A DNA stretch of 64,000 bases, from contig NC_045696.1 in the NCBI RefSeq assembly GCF_009834535.1, positions 5,396,001 through 5,460,000 of the forward strand. The letters are read 5' to 3'. Position numbers and translations under genes: made by a program. The stretch's first letter is position 1; each line of letters opens with the position of its first letter. Under the pieces are notes generated by a model. It had not been told where the DNA came from. It made no database searches and worked only from the letters and a program-made list of their open reading frames with translations. Shown here one piece after another: positions 47,935 through 60,400 of the stretch. Source of the DNA: Camelus ferus. Its lineage: Eukaryota.

Positions 47935-48970
47935 ATTTACTGAGTAGGGCCCCTGAGATTGCAGACTCCTACTCATGCCCTTGGGTAATCTCCTCCCCTT
48001 GAGGGTGGGCCGAACCCACAGATTTGCTTCTGATGAAAAGAACACAACGAAAGTGATGAGGCATCACTCCAGAGATCAGGTTACAAAGAACTACAGCTTC
48101 TGTCCAGCTTGGACTTCCTCACTCCCTTGCTCCGAGGAAGCCAGCTGCTGTGTTGTGAGCTGCCCCATAGAGAAGCTCTCATGGCAGGGAACTGAGAGCA
48201 CCCACCGGCTGGGTGGGATTTGTGATGGTCAGTTTTATGTGTCAACCTGGCCAGGCTGCAGTACCCAACTATTCAATTACACACTAATCCAGGTGTTGTT
48301 GTGAAGGTATTTCATAGATGTGATTAACATCTAGAATCAGCTGACTTTATGCAAAGGAGATTTTCCTGGATAGCCTGAGTCTGATTCAATGAATTGAAAC
48401 CCCTTAAACACAGAACTGAGGTTTCCCTGAGGATGTGGATTGTAGCATCAGCTCCTGCCCAAAGATTTCACCTGCCTTCCTGACAGCCTACCCTCTGGAT
48501 TTCGGATTTACCTAGCCAGCCACCACAATTACTAAGCCAATTCCTTGCAACTTATAGATCTAGATAGACAGAGATGAGATGAGATGTAGATGTGGGTGTG
48601 GGTGTGGGTGTGGGTGCGGGTCCAGATGCTGAAGTGGATGTGGGTGCTGGTGTGGATTTGGACATAGATGTGCATGTGGACATAGGCATAGACATATCCT
48701 ACTGGTTCTGTTTTCTGGTAGATCCCTAAATTATACAGATCTGAATCCAGCCAACAACCGCTGAGTGAGTTTGGACATGGGTCCACACCCAGTCAAACCT
48801 TCGGATGAGACATAAGCCGCCACCTTGATTGCAGCCTTATAAGAGACCCTGAGCCAGAGACACTCAGCTAAGCTATACCTGGATTCTTAGAGAAACTGTG
48901 AGATAACAGATGTTGTTGGTTTAAGCTGCTGTGGTGGAAATTTGTTACATAGTGTTAGCTAACTAATACA
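47935..48970 (+). mobile_element. MLT1 LTR with a nested MLT2 LTR (48221-48737)
   Basis: Outer element: CTCCCCTTGAGGGTGGGC...GAAGCCAGCTGCTGTGTTGTGAG / CACCTTGATTGCAGCCTT...CTAACTAATACA. Inner element: TGTGATGGTCAGTTTTATGTGTCAACCTGG...TGGTTCTGTTTTCTGG...TATACA. Confidence 0.8.
48551..48694. repeat. Degenerate hexamer repeat (AGATGT/GGGTGT/GGATGT/AGACAT) in the MLT2 variable region
   Basis: 6-nt periodicity is directly visible and includes GGGTGT x3 + GGGTGC + GGG. Confidence 0.8.
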
Positions 48971-49883
48971 GCCATCACCTAAGTTTATGCAGGAGATGAT
49001 CTTCCCAAGGGCACCTAGCTAAGCGGCCAGGAGGACAGGGCAGTTTTCTATTTTATACAAAAGTCTTACGGGATGGCAAAATCCAGAGCTAGGGAGCCAG
49101 AAGCCAGGTTCCAGTCTGGATTTTTTTAATAAGCCATTTGCCACCTAAATTCCTAGGTGTATGTCCTTCCTCTGCCCTGTGACACCTGATTGTCCTCACT
49201 GTGGTACCCCTTGAACAGCATCCTTGCTTTCTGACACAAGATGAGCCTCACCTTGTCCATTTTCTTTCTCAGACCACGAGTCAGTCCTTTTCTTCCCCCC
49301 CCCCACAAAAAAAACTGATTTCTTTCACGGGGAAATTGTATTAGAAACCACAGTCTGGGTGTCATTGCTTCTTGGACTTTTTGATGGACAGAGCTTGGAA
49401 ATATTTTCTAAGAGGAAAAAAAATCATAAGACCATTTTGATATATCCCATTCAAATTTAGTATTAGAAGGTTTTTATTTAAATTCTTTGACTTTATGCTT
49501 GTATCTCTTTTATACTAGAAATCTTGGTTTCTAATGACAGTCCAACAATTACATATTTGCTTTATATTAATAACATGTAATAGTCTCATATTAACAGAAT
49601 TACTATTACTACTGTCAGTAAGAGTACTGACGGAGTTTAAGATGTATTTACTCTTCTTTTGAGCCTTAGAACACCTTTTCCTAGATATGTAGATTCAAAA
49701 CAATGTGTTTAAAGTCACCAAGGAAATCTCTTTTCTGTGCGGTTCTGTGACAACTTGATAGGGGTAGGATCAACTGTTTCCAGTTTTTAGAAATTGCTTT
49801 TTATCTTACTTTGATTTAATGTATTAAACTACATAAAACATATGCATGGTTCCAAGATGGCACTCTATATTAAAATGTAAAGT

Positions 49884-50006
49884 GGGGAGGGTCTAGCTCA
49901 GTGGTAGAGTGCATGCCTCGCAGGCATGAGGTCCCGGGTTCAATCCCCAGTACCTCCACCAAAAGTAATATATAAATGGGTAAACCTAATTATCTCACCC
50001 CCAAAA
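49884..50006 (+). mobile_element. tRNA-derived SINE (camelid vic-1-like)
   Basis: GGGGAGGGTCTAGCTCAGTGGTAGAGTGCATGC...GAGGTCCCGGGTTCAATCCCCAGTACCTCCA...TAAACCTAATTATCTCACCCCCAAAA. Confidence 0.88.
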
Positions 50007-50399
50007 GGTATTTTTTTGAAAGACTATATAATAAATATACTCATGGACGTCTTCCCTCCACACCTGTCTTTGGATAACCATCACTATTAGTTTTATGTAT
50101 CCTTCCAGGCTTTCTTCTTGAAAATATAAGCAAATACATGCATTCACACGAGGAACAGCACACCATGAACACGGCTCTGCACCTTGCATGTTTCACCGAG
50201 TATGGCCTGGAGATCAGCCCGTATCTGTATAGAGAAACCTTCTCCGTTCCTTTGCACTTCTCCAGCGTGATCCACTGTGTGGACGCGTCCAGCTTTATGC
50301 AAGGGAGTCTTCTGATGGACAACTAGATGGCTTCCGCCTTCTGTAATTCATCACTGATTCTCATCAGACAGACCCAGGATAAAGAAAGCTGAAATTCCC

Positions 50400-52210
50400 T
50401 GTCTCCGCACCTCTTCAGCACCTAGAATGAGACTGAACTGCAGCGCCCTCAGCTTCGGCCTAGCTCCCAAGCCTCTCATTCATAACCAGCCAGTCCTTGA
50501 CCTCCACTCCACACACACAGTTACCCAAACTGGTTAAGAGAGAAAAGAAACGCCACTGTCCCCACTTCCTCGCCTTTGGTGCACACCATCCACTCCATCC
50601 GGGCTTCCTCTCCTCCCGTGCTTCTGAAAGGGCTCTTGCCAAGTTTCCCATGACGCCCCGGCTGCTGGACCCAGGTGCCCAATCGCAGGCCCTCTTCTCC
50701 GTGAACCTGGGCCACGGGCCTCTGCTGGCCTCACCCGCACGCCACGTCTCCTCCTGGCCGCGGCGACAGAGGGCCCTCTGCTTTCCTCCTCCCCCTGAGT
50801 GCTCCTCACTCTCTTTTCCTTCTTGTTCTGCCTGTTCCTCGGGGTTCTTAATCACACCCTCTTCTTATCTAATGACTGTTTTTGGTGATCTTCATTCATT
50901 TTTACTGCTTCTATTATGACCTGGTGTCCTAGACTTAGGTCTCCACTCCAGATTTTTCTCTGGGGCTCTCAGGCCTGTACAGTCAGCTACCTCCCAGACA
51001 CGTCCACTTGGATGGCCACACCCGGTGCAAATTCTCTCTGCCCAAACTGATAAAATAAAACTTATATTTTAAGGCAGGACAAGAAAAAATTAAACATAAA
51101 ATCCTCTCTGTGTGTTTGTCTGGGGCTTCTCCCTCCCTAGCACGCAGTGAGCATATTCAGTACACATTAACCAGAGCTCCTCAAAGATGGCAGTGCCTGC
51201 TCGGGCATAAAGATCAATTATTTTTCCCTTTCTTCTGATACTGGCAATGTAACTTCTTGAAAGAATAATGTTCTTTCCCACCTCTGTAGGGGGTCTTGGT
51301 GACCTGCTCTTGCTTTGTATGCTCTTACCTGGATTACACATCCTTTGTGAACTTTCTGTAAAATATTAGTATCAATTATGTCATTTTGATGTACGATCTT
51401 TTGTCTTGAAAATGGATACACTTTCGACTTCTTAAGGAGGAACTGTTCTGAGAGCTTTCCGGGAATCTGCTTCCTGGCTTATAATCCTCAGTTTGGCTCA
51501 AATAAAATTCGCTTTCTTTTTTTTCTTTTTAAAGTACATTACTTAATCTCTTTGGTTCCCCACTTTGAAACTACATGAATTGAAAGCAGCACTCGCTAAA
51601 GAATTTTGTAAATAATAATAATAATTAAGGAATAACACAAGAAGTTTTACTTGGTAAGTGAAATGATAAATTGGGTGGTGCTGAGCCATCATAGTCTTTC
51701 CTGTGCTTTGGGTCGTGTGTTAAAGCTACAAAACTGCTTAACTATTATTAGAAAGGGACTGTATTTTAAAAGATGTTAATGCAGTTGGATCATTTTTATG
51801 CTCTTTGATATTAATTCCACGTTTTAAAAATATATTTATGTTATGCACCTGCTTTTTTTCTCTTAACTTGATAGTTAATTGAATTTTCGTCGACAGAACC
51901 TACACTCAGTCAATATTTTCTCTCCCAAAAACCAGTCCTCCTTTTGTGTTTTCTAAGCCAGGAAATGGAATCACTGTCTACCAAGTTGGCAAATCTGAAA
52001 CCCTTGGTATCATCCTATTCTCCTCCTTCTCTTGTTCCGCATATTTAATTAATCGCCACAATCTGTACATCTCACTCCGTAAATATTTCCATGCAATTCC
52101 CACCTGGCTTTGGTCATTTCCTCTTGCCTGGATTAGCAGCATGGATTTCCTTGCTTCCAGTTCTACCTGCTTTTAACCCAACCCATGTGAGAAAGCCAGA
52201 GCAAGATTCT
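50400..52210 (+). mobile_element. L2 LINE fragment interrupted by an LTR (51048-51895)
   Basis: CTCCATCCGGGCTTCC...TGAAAGGGCTCTTGCCAAG, then TCCACTTGGATGG...CCCAAAC. Resumes AAATGGAATCACTGTCTACCAAGTTGG...CCTTGGTATCATCCT. Confidence 0.7.
51048..51895 (+). mobile_element. Solo ERV LTR containing a ~330-bp foreign insert (51520-51850)
   Basis: TGATAA...TCGACA termini with near-TSD AAAC/GAAC. PolyA signal AATAAA at 51501 after TATAATCCTCAGTTTGGCTC. Confidence 0.65.
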
Positions 52211-52903
52211 GCTTGTAACTTTTTTAAATTGGCACACACCTAGGCACACACAACCCAGAGTTTACATATTTGGCCCTTTGCTCTTCCATATGGTCAGTGT
52301 GTCAAGTTCTATAGAAAAAAAAACCTTGCTGGGGTTTTTGTTGGCACTGCATTGAATGTATAGAGGAATTTTTAAAGAAATGACATCCTCCCCCATTGGA
52401 TTTTTCCAAATATGAATATGATATGTCTCTTATTTAATTCTTATTTTGTTCCTCATTTAAGATATGTAATTTTCTTCATAAACTTCTTACATACTTTTGC
52501 TAAATTAATCTGAAATATCATATACTTCTTGTTGCTGTTACTAAAGGAATTTTTGAAATTAGCTTTCAAAACTTTTTATTTTGATATAACTGTATATTCA
52601 CAAGAAGTTGCAAACTAGCCCAGAGAAGTACTATTATTCCTTTTTAAGTGGTTGTTGTTGGCATGTTATTGACTTACACGTGTCGATCTTATATCCAGCA
52701 GCAGTGATGAGCTGTTTATGGTTTTGCTAGTTTCTGATGTTATCTTCAGGTATTAGATCATATCATCAGCAGATAAACATTTTTCCCTTTGCAGTCCTTC
52801 TATCTCTTTTTCACTTATTTTACTTTGCTTTCTACATTCTCCAATATGACACTGAATAGAAACACTGAAAGCAAAGCTCCCTGTCTTGGTTCTTACTGTA
52901 AAG

Positions 52904-53113
52904 CAGAGTTTCTCCCTCTCAGCACTGTTGACTCTGCAGGACGTGCAGCACCACCCCTGGCCTCCACCCACCGGATGCTGGATGCCCTGGGACAGAGCCC
53001 TCCCCGCCGCCTGCACACTGCTCCTCCAGGCTGGGACAAGAAAAACCTCCAGCCATTGCCAAGTGTCCCCCAGGAAGCAATATTGCCTCTGTTCCAGTCC
53101 AGAAACACCACTC
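52904..53113. mobile_element. MER20-like hAT MITE within ancient L1 sequence
   Basis: CAGAGTTTCTCCCTCTCAGCACTGTTGAC...CCCTGGCCTCCACCCACCGGATGC...CTCCAGCCATTGCCAAGTGTCCCC. Confidence 0.75.
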
Positions 53114-53767
53114 TAAAAGATGTTCTAACATTTCACCATTAAGTTTGATTTCCGCCGTAAGCTTTCTGTGTATACCAATTAGAGTCTATGGTTACAAACA
53201 GCAGAAACTGACTCAGGCTAAACTGATCACAAAAGCCACAGCAACAAAGAGGTATCATGCTTCTGACAGAATCAATAAGAAGGCAGGAAAAAAGCAGACT
53301 TAGGGAACAAGCATGAACCAAAGAAGCCAGGTGGAAACCCAGGGCCCAGGGAAATTTCCAAGAGCAGCCTGGTGAGGACACTGGCCAGATGCTTCTGCCG
53401 CTGCCACCAGAGACAGTCCCTAGCTAGCGCTGCTTCTTTGTGGAACCCATTCCAGATCAAGGTCACTGGTAGACCATCCAATCAGCAAGACTTAAAGACA
53501 GAGTGGCTGGGGAGGAGTTGGGGTGGGATCTGGCCTTTTGGGTTTCTAGAGTAGTAAATGGGGCTAGACTCTCACTGACATTCACGGAAAGGTGGATTCC
53601 CAAATGTACCAAGGAGATGCAGATGCTGGGCAGCCTAAAAATATGCACAAATATTGAGATGTAAAACATAACCAATATGGGCTGCATTTGCCTTTATCAG
53701 GTTAAGGAAATACTTTCAAAGCCTAATTTACTTGCTTTTTCCTTTTTTTTTTTTTTTTTGCATGAGT

Positions 53768-54241
53768 GGTATGATGGTTAGTTTGGTAAAAGTCAACTCA
53801 GCTAGGCTGGAGTCCCCAGTTATCCAGTCAAACACTAATTGAGATGTGGCAGTGGAGATATTTTGTAGATGTGGTCAGCCTCTACAATCAGTTGACTTTA
53901 AGTAAAGCAGATTACACCGCAATGAAGTACTCGCCAATTGGATGAGGGTGGGCCTCATCTAATCAGTTGAAGACTTTAAGAGCATACTGAAGTTTCCTAG
54001 AAAAGAATTTCTGCCTCAAGACTGCAACGTCAGCTCTTGTCTGAGAGTTTCCAGTCTGCTGACCTGCCTACAGATTTCAGACTTGCCAGCCTCCACAATC
54101 ACCTAAGCCAACTGCTTGAAATAAATCTGTTTGTGTGTGTATGTATATACACACATACACACACATGCACTCTGTTAATATATAAACTTGAGTAGAAATA
54201 TATACTTTTTCTGCGTATCTGGAGAACACTGACTGATAACA
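53768..54241 (+). mobile_element. MLT2-family LTR
   Basis: GATGGTTAGTTT...GTCAACT...AATCAGTTGACTTTAAGTAAAGCAGATTAC...TCTGGAGAACACTGACTGATA. Confidence 0.75.
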
Positions 54242-54354
54242 AAAGGGATTTAATTTTGTTAAATGTTTTCTCTGCATTCAATAAGAGAATCTTTTTTTTC
54301 CTCTCTTTGGGGCAGAGACAGCTAGATTTCCCTTATTATCTGTTCTTTTTTTCT

Positions 54355-54802
54355 TCCACAGTGGTAAAATTTCAGGGGGACACATGCCTACTCAATGCTT
54401 TCCCCAAATCCCTTGCAGGTAGACATGGCCACATGAATTAGTTCTGGCTTATGAGCTGTGATTTGAAGAAGTGTGGGTGATTTCCACTTCTTGCCCTTCA
54501 GGGTTGCGGGGGCGGCCAGGGGATAGGCAGGCACGATCTCTGCTTGCCCATTCTCCCTTCTTTCTACGTAGAGTATATCACGAAGGCAGGGGCTGGAGTG
54601 GCCATATGGACCACACGATGGCAGCCACATGTTCAAGGTGGCAAGGCAATGACAGAGTCTATGTCACTGTTGATCACGAGTCACCACCCTGCCTCTAGAC
54701 CACCTGTCCAGAGTTTTGTTCAAGACATGAAATTCTATCTTATTAAAGTTGCTATTATTTTAGATCTCTCTGTTCCAGGAGCCAAACTTACACCCTAATA
54801 CA
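54355..54802 (+). mobile_element. Old MaLR LTR (MLT1I/J-like)
   Basis: GGCCACATGAATTAGTTCTGGC...GCAGCCACATGTTCAAGGTGGCA...GCCAAACTTACACCCTAATACA. Confidence 0.55.
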
Positions 54803-55377
54803 TCCTGTTACTGTAAATTACACCTACCATTTCTCATCTTAAACAATACTATCATATTTTTTAAGATACTGCAACATTCATTTCAGTAGTAGATTATTCG
54901 TGATCTTTACATCTATTTTTGTAGGTGAGATTGGTCCAAAATTTCCCTCTCTTGTACTGGGCCTGCCTGGTTTTAGTATTGATGTCACACAAGCCTCATA
55001 ATATTCATTGAAAAATGATGTCCTTTTTTCTATTTTCTAGGACAATTTGCATACAATGGGTGTTATTGAATCTTGGAAGATAAAATATGTCCTGTAAATG
55101 CCTGAGCTTTTTATTGACCACCGATCCAGTGTTTATAATGAAGTTGTGCTTACATGTGGATGTAGTTCTGTTTCTTCTTAGGGCCAGTTTTGGTCATTGT
55201 TTTTCTAGAAAATTGTCTCAGCTCTTAGATGTTTTCCAATATTTTGGCTCATACTCTCCCTTATAATTTTCCACTTTCTACTCAATCTATAATTGGATTT
55301 CCTCTTTAAAACTCCTAATATTGTCTGTTGCTTCTCTCCTTTTTTCTTAATTCCTCATACCAAAAATATACCTCTTT

Positions 55378-55517
55378 GGCTGGAATAGTATAGCTCAGTG
55401 GTAGAGTGTTACTTGGCATTAGGTCCTGGTTCAATCCCCAGGACCTCCATTAAAAAATAACAATAATAAATAAGCCTAATTACCCCCCCCCCAAAAAAAA
55501 AACACAACAAAAAAAAA
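55378..55517 (+). mobile_element. tRNA-derived SINE (camelid vic-1-like)
   Basis: GTATAGCTCAGTGGTAGAGTG...AGGTCCTGGTTCAATCCCCAGGACCTCCATTAAAA...CCTAATTACCCCCC plus A tail. Flanks AAAAATATACCTCTTT / AAAAATACCGCTTT resemble a TSD. Confidence 0.85.
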
Positions 55518-56885
55518 TACCGCTTTTTGAAAGTACTTTCAAAGAACCAGTTTGAGGCTTTTAAATCTCTGTTTCATATTTGATTGTTTAATTTCCGTTT
55601 TATAGGTTTCTGCTCTTATTATTTTCTTATCATTACTTTTTTTTTTTTTTGCAATTATTTCATTGCATTTTTTTTGTACTGACTGTTTAGAGCCTTTCCA
55701 AACTCTCTTTTTAAGCAAACACTTCCAGGGTTACAACTTGGCTTCCCTGTACCATGCCAGCCTCATTCAGGGCTCCACTAGCCCTTAGGGCCCCTTTGTG
55801 CAGACTTTTAAAGGTGCCTCTCTGCTTCCTGGGGGCACAGCTTGGCAAGTGGCTGGCGCTCTTATTTGTAACAGAAAAAAAAGCCCTTCCTCTGGGAGTA
55901 TGCCACTCAGCTCCACAGATTTTTAGTGTCCCGACCCCCTCTCCGGCGCCCTCATGCTCTGAATGAGCTGCACAACCCTCTAACTGCAGCCCAAGTCATG
56001 CCCCGAAAGTGTGGTAGGTAAGTAAGTTTGTGTTTAGTCCTCTACATTTGTGATGTCTGTTTTGGCCCCTTTGGCACATGAATTCTTTAGAGATATGTTT
56101 TTCAGCTTCTAAACACGTGATGGCGAGGAAGGAAGAGGGGTTTGGGGCTGGCTTTTTGGCATTTTTTTATATTGCACCGGGGTCAGAAAATACAGTCCCC
56201 ATGATAGTCACTCTTCAGGCATTTGTTAAGATTTACCCCATAGCCTGAGGCAGGGCGGTATTTATCAGTGTTCTTCCTGTGCGAGAGGGAGAAGAGACAC
56301 TTATTTCTCCCTTTATCTGTGTAGGGATTGAGAGATGTCAACCAGCATGAGTTATTAATTGTGTGTGCTTTTCTAGGCTTCTTCCTGAAGTCCATCATGC
56401 AGTGATTCTTTACCTCTATTAGTAGTAAAATCTCAATTTTTAACACAAAAAGTCCTTTCTTTCACCCATATATGTTCAAAAATGTGTTCGTTCTACTTTT
56501 ACGCCCCATGGATAGTTTGGCTAAGTAAAAATGTCTAGGTTGGAAATAATCCCTGAGAGTAAAACTGAGAAATTCAGCACAATTCTGACACGTGTTCTTT
56601 TTCTCTCCAGAGCTTTGGAGATCTTCTCTTTGTCCGAGTGTTCAAACACACCCTGGTGGCTGGTGTCTCCCAGTGGCTGGTGGGGCTCGATCATCACCCT
56701 GTGTGCTGAGTGCTTGCAGGGCCTGTAGAATCTGGTTTTGTAACTGCTTAACTGTGTACTGGTTTAAAGGGTTTCTGTCATCGACCCAACCCTCTTGTGG
56801 TGCTGTGTGCAAGGATCATGCTCAGTGCCCTGCTTCTGACTCCAGTGCCCTGCTCCTAACCCCTTGTGGTTTCCTTATATCCTAT

Positions 56886-57376
56886 TGTTGGAGCTGTAGG
56901 CCTCAGCCTGCCGCAGGAGGTTACAGGCCTCAGCCTGCTTAAAAGGCTGAAAGCATTTATCAGCCTGACTTTAAATTGCACAAGTTTCTCTCTAGAGCTC
57001 TTTTCCACAGAGTCCCTTCCTATGAATCCTTTGTTCTAGAAACAAGGCTATTAAGAGACTCCTAAAGCCAGAACTGAACTTAATACCCAGCAGAGGGAAG
57101 GGAAAGTTGGCATCTGCAAAAACAGAAACAACTTTGCAGTAATTTGTTACCCTGCATGCGGTCTCTATGGAAACCAGCTCCACCCTTGAACTCTTCACTT
57201 TTACTGTAAAAATCCCTGCCTTCTCTCCCCAGCAGGCTCACAGTCTTAGAAGCATTAGCCCACTGTGACCTCTTTTGCATGGCAGAGAAACAAAGCTGCC
57301 TTTTCTGCCTCATCCAAAACCCTGTCCTTTAGTCTCAACTCAGTAAGTGGGGTACAGAGGCCTTGTTTTAGCAAAA
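56886..57376 (+). mobile_element. ERV1-like solo LTR
   Basis: Starts TGTTGGAG with an internal repeat AGGCCTCAGCCTGC x2. CACAGTCTTAGAAGCATTAGCCCACTGTGACC R-like region. Ends GGGTACAGAGGCCTTGTTTTAGCAA. Confidence 0.55.
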
Positions 57377-57483
57377 TAATCATCTCCTTCTTTTGTTTCT
57401 TCCTCTCTCTGAGAATACTCATACTGCCCCGCCTCCATTCTCTCAGTCCTCCTGAAATTCTTGTTGGATACATTTGGACTTTT

Positions 57484-60400
57484 TTTTTAACTTTTTTAAT
57501 TGAGTTTAGTCATTTTACAATGTTGTGTCAAATTCCAGTGTAGAGCACAATTTTTCAGTTATACACGAACATACATATATTCACTGTCACATTTTTTTCC
57601 TCCGTGAGCTACCATAAGATCTTGTATGTATTTCCCTGTGCTATACAGTATCATCTTGTTTATCTATTCTACATTTTGAAATCCCAGTCTATCCCTTCCA
57701 ACCCTCCGCCCCTTGGCAACCACAAGTTCGTATTCTATGTCTATGAGTCTGTTTCTGTTTTGTATTTATGTTTTGTTTTGTTTTGTTTTTTAGATTCCAC
57801 ATATGAGCGATCCCATAAGGTATTTTTCTTTCTCTTTCTGGCTTACTTCACTTAGAATGACATTCTCCTGGAACATCCATGCTGCTGCAAATGGCGTTAT
57901 GTTGTCAGTTTTTATGGCTGAATCGTATTCCATTGTATAAATATACCACTTCTTCTTTATCCAGTCATCTGTTGATGGACATCTAGGCTGTTTCCATGTC
58001 TTGACTATTGTAAATAGTGCTGCTGTGAACATTGGGGTGCAGGTGTCATTTTGAAGTAGGGTTCCTTCTGATACATGCCCAGGAGCGGGATTCCTGGGTC
58101 ATACGGTAAGTCTATTCCTAGTCTTTTGAGAATCTCCATACTGTCTTCCACAGTGGCTGCACCAAACTGAATTCCCACCAATAGTGTAGGAGGGTTCCCC
58201 TTTCTCCACAGCCTCTCCAGCATTTGTCATTTGTGGATTTTTGAATGATGGCCATTCTGACTGGTGTGAGGTGATACCTCATTGTAGTTTTGATTTGCAT
58301 TTCTCTGATAATTAGTGATATTGAGCTTTTTTTCATGTTCCTATTGATCATTTGTATTTATTCCTGGGAGAATTGCTTGTTTAGATCTTCTGCCCGTTTT
58401 TGGATTGGGTTGTTTGTTTTTTCTTATTAAGTCGTATGAGCTGCTTGTATATTCTGGAGATCAAGAATTTGTCGGTTTCATTTGCAAAAATGTCCTCCCA
58501 TTCCGTAGGTTGTCGTTTTATTTTACTTATGGTTTTCTTTGCTGTGCAGAAGCTTGTAAGTTTAATTAGGTCCTATTTGTTTATTCTTGCCTTTATTTCT
58601 ATTGCTTGGGTAGACTGTCCCAGAAGAGCATTTTTGAGATGTATGTCAGATAATGTTTTGCCTATATTTTCTTCTAAGAGGTTTATTGTATCTTGTCTTA
58701 TGTTTAAGCCTTTGATCCATTTTGAGTTTATTTTTGTGTATGGTGTAAGGCAGTGTACTAGCTTCACTGATTTACATTCTCCTGCCCAGTTTTCCCAACA
58801 GCATTTGCTGAAGAGATTGTCTTTATTCCATTGTATATTCTTGCCTCTTTTGTTGAAGATTAGTTGACCAGAAGTTTGTGGGTTCATTTCTGGACTCTCT
58901 ATTCTGTTCCGTTGGTCTATATGTCTGTTTTTGTACCAATACCATGCTGTCTTGATGACTGTAGCTCTATAGTATTGTCTGAAGTCTGGGAGAGTTATTC
59001 CTCCAGCCTCTTTCTTTTCCTTCAGTAATGCTTTGGCAATTTTAAGTCTTTTGTGGTTCCATATAAATTTTATAATGCTTTGTTCTAGTTCTGTGAAATA
59101 TGTCCTGGGTAATTTGATAGGGATTGCATTAAATTTGTAGATTGCCTTGGGCAGTGTGACCATTTTAACAATATTGATTCTTCCAATCCAGGAGCATGGG
59201 ATAGCTTTCCATTTTTTAAAGTCTTCTTTAATTTCCTTCATCAATGGTTTATAGTTTTCTGTATGTAATTCTTTCACCTCCTTGGTTAGATTTATTCCTA
59301 GGTATCTTATTACTTCAGGTGCTATTTTAAAGGGGATTGTTTCTTTACTTTCTTTTTCTGTTGATTCATCATTAGTGTAAAGAAATGCAACTGATTTTTG
59401 AACATTAATCTTGTAACCTGCTACCTTGCTGAATTCTTCAATCAGCTCTAGTAGCTTTTGTGTGGACCTTTTAGGGTTTTCTATATACAGTAACATGTCA
59501 TCGGCATATAGTGACACTTTTACCTCTTCTTTTCCAGTTTGAATCCCTTTTATTTCTCTCTCTTGCCTGATTGCTATGGCTAGGACTTCCAAGACTATGT
59601 TGAATAAGAGTGGTGATAGAGGGCAGCCTTGTCTTGTCCCAGATTTTAGTGGGAAGCTTTTGAGTTTTTCACCATTGAGTACTATGCTGGCTTTAGGTTT
59701 GTCATATATAGCTTTTATTAGGTTGAGATGTGGTCCCTCTATACCCACTTTGGTGAGAGTTTTTATCATAAATGGGTGTTGAATTTTATCTAATGCTTTT
59801 TCTGCATCTATTGAGATGATCATGTGGTTTTATCCTCCCTCTTGTTGATGTGATGTATTACACTGACTGATTTCTGTATGTTTAACCACCCTTGTGTCCC
59901 TGGGATGAACCCCACTTGATCATGATGTATAATCTCTTTATGTGCTGTTGGACTCTATTTGCTAATATTTTGGTGAGGATTTTTGCATCTATGTTCATCA
60001 GTGATAATTGACCTATAATTCTCTTTTTTTGTAGTGTCTTTGCCTGGTTTTGGTATCAGGGTGATGGTGGCTTCATAGAATGAGTTTGGGAGTATTCCCT
60101 CCTTTTCAATCTTCTGGAAGAGTTTGAGAAGGACTGTTATGGGTTGTTCTTTGTAAGTTTGGTAGAATTCCCCCGTGAAGCCGTCCGGTCCTGGACTTTT
60201 ATTTGTATGGAGGTTTTTTTATTGCTAATTTGATTTGATTTCTAGTGATTGGTTTGTTTAAGTGGTCAGTTTCTTCTTGGTTCAGTCTTGGTGGACTGTA
60301 TGTTTCCAAAAACTTGTCCATCTCCTCTAGGTTATCCATTTTGGTTCCATAAAGTTTTTTGTAATATTCTCATATGAAATTTTGTATTTCTATGTTATTT

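Noticed and set aside
49884..49958. Possible tRNA gene (also 43165-43238, 55385-55450)
   Set aside because: The copies are mutually diverged, have A-rich SINE tails and sit within other repeats. They are SINEs, not functional tRNAs.
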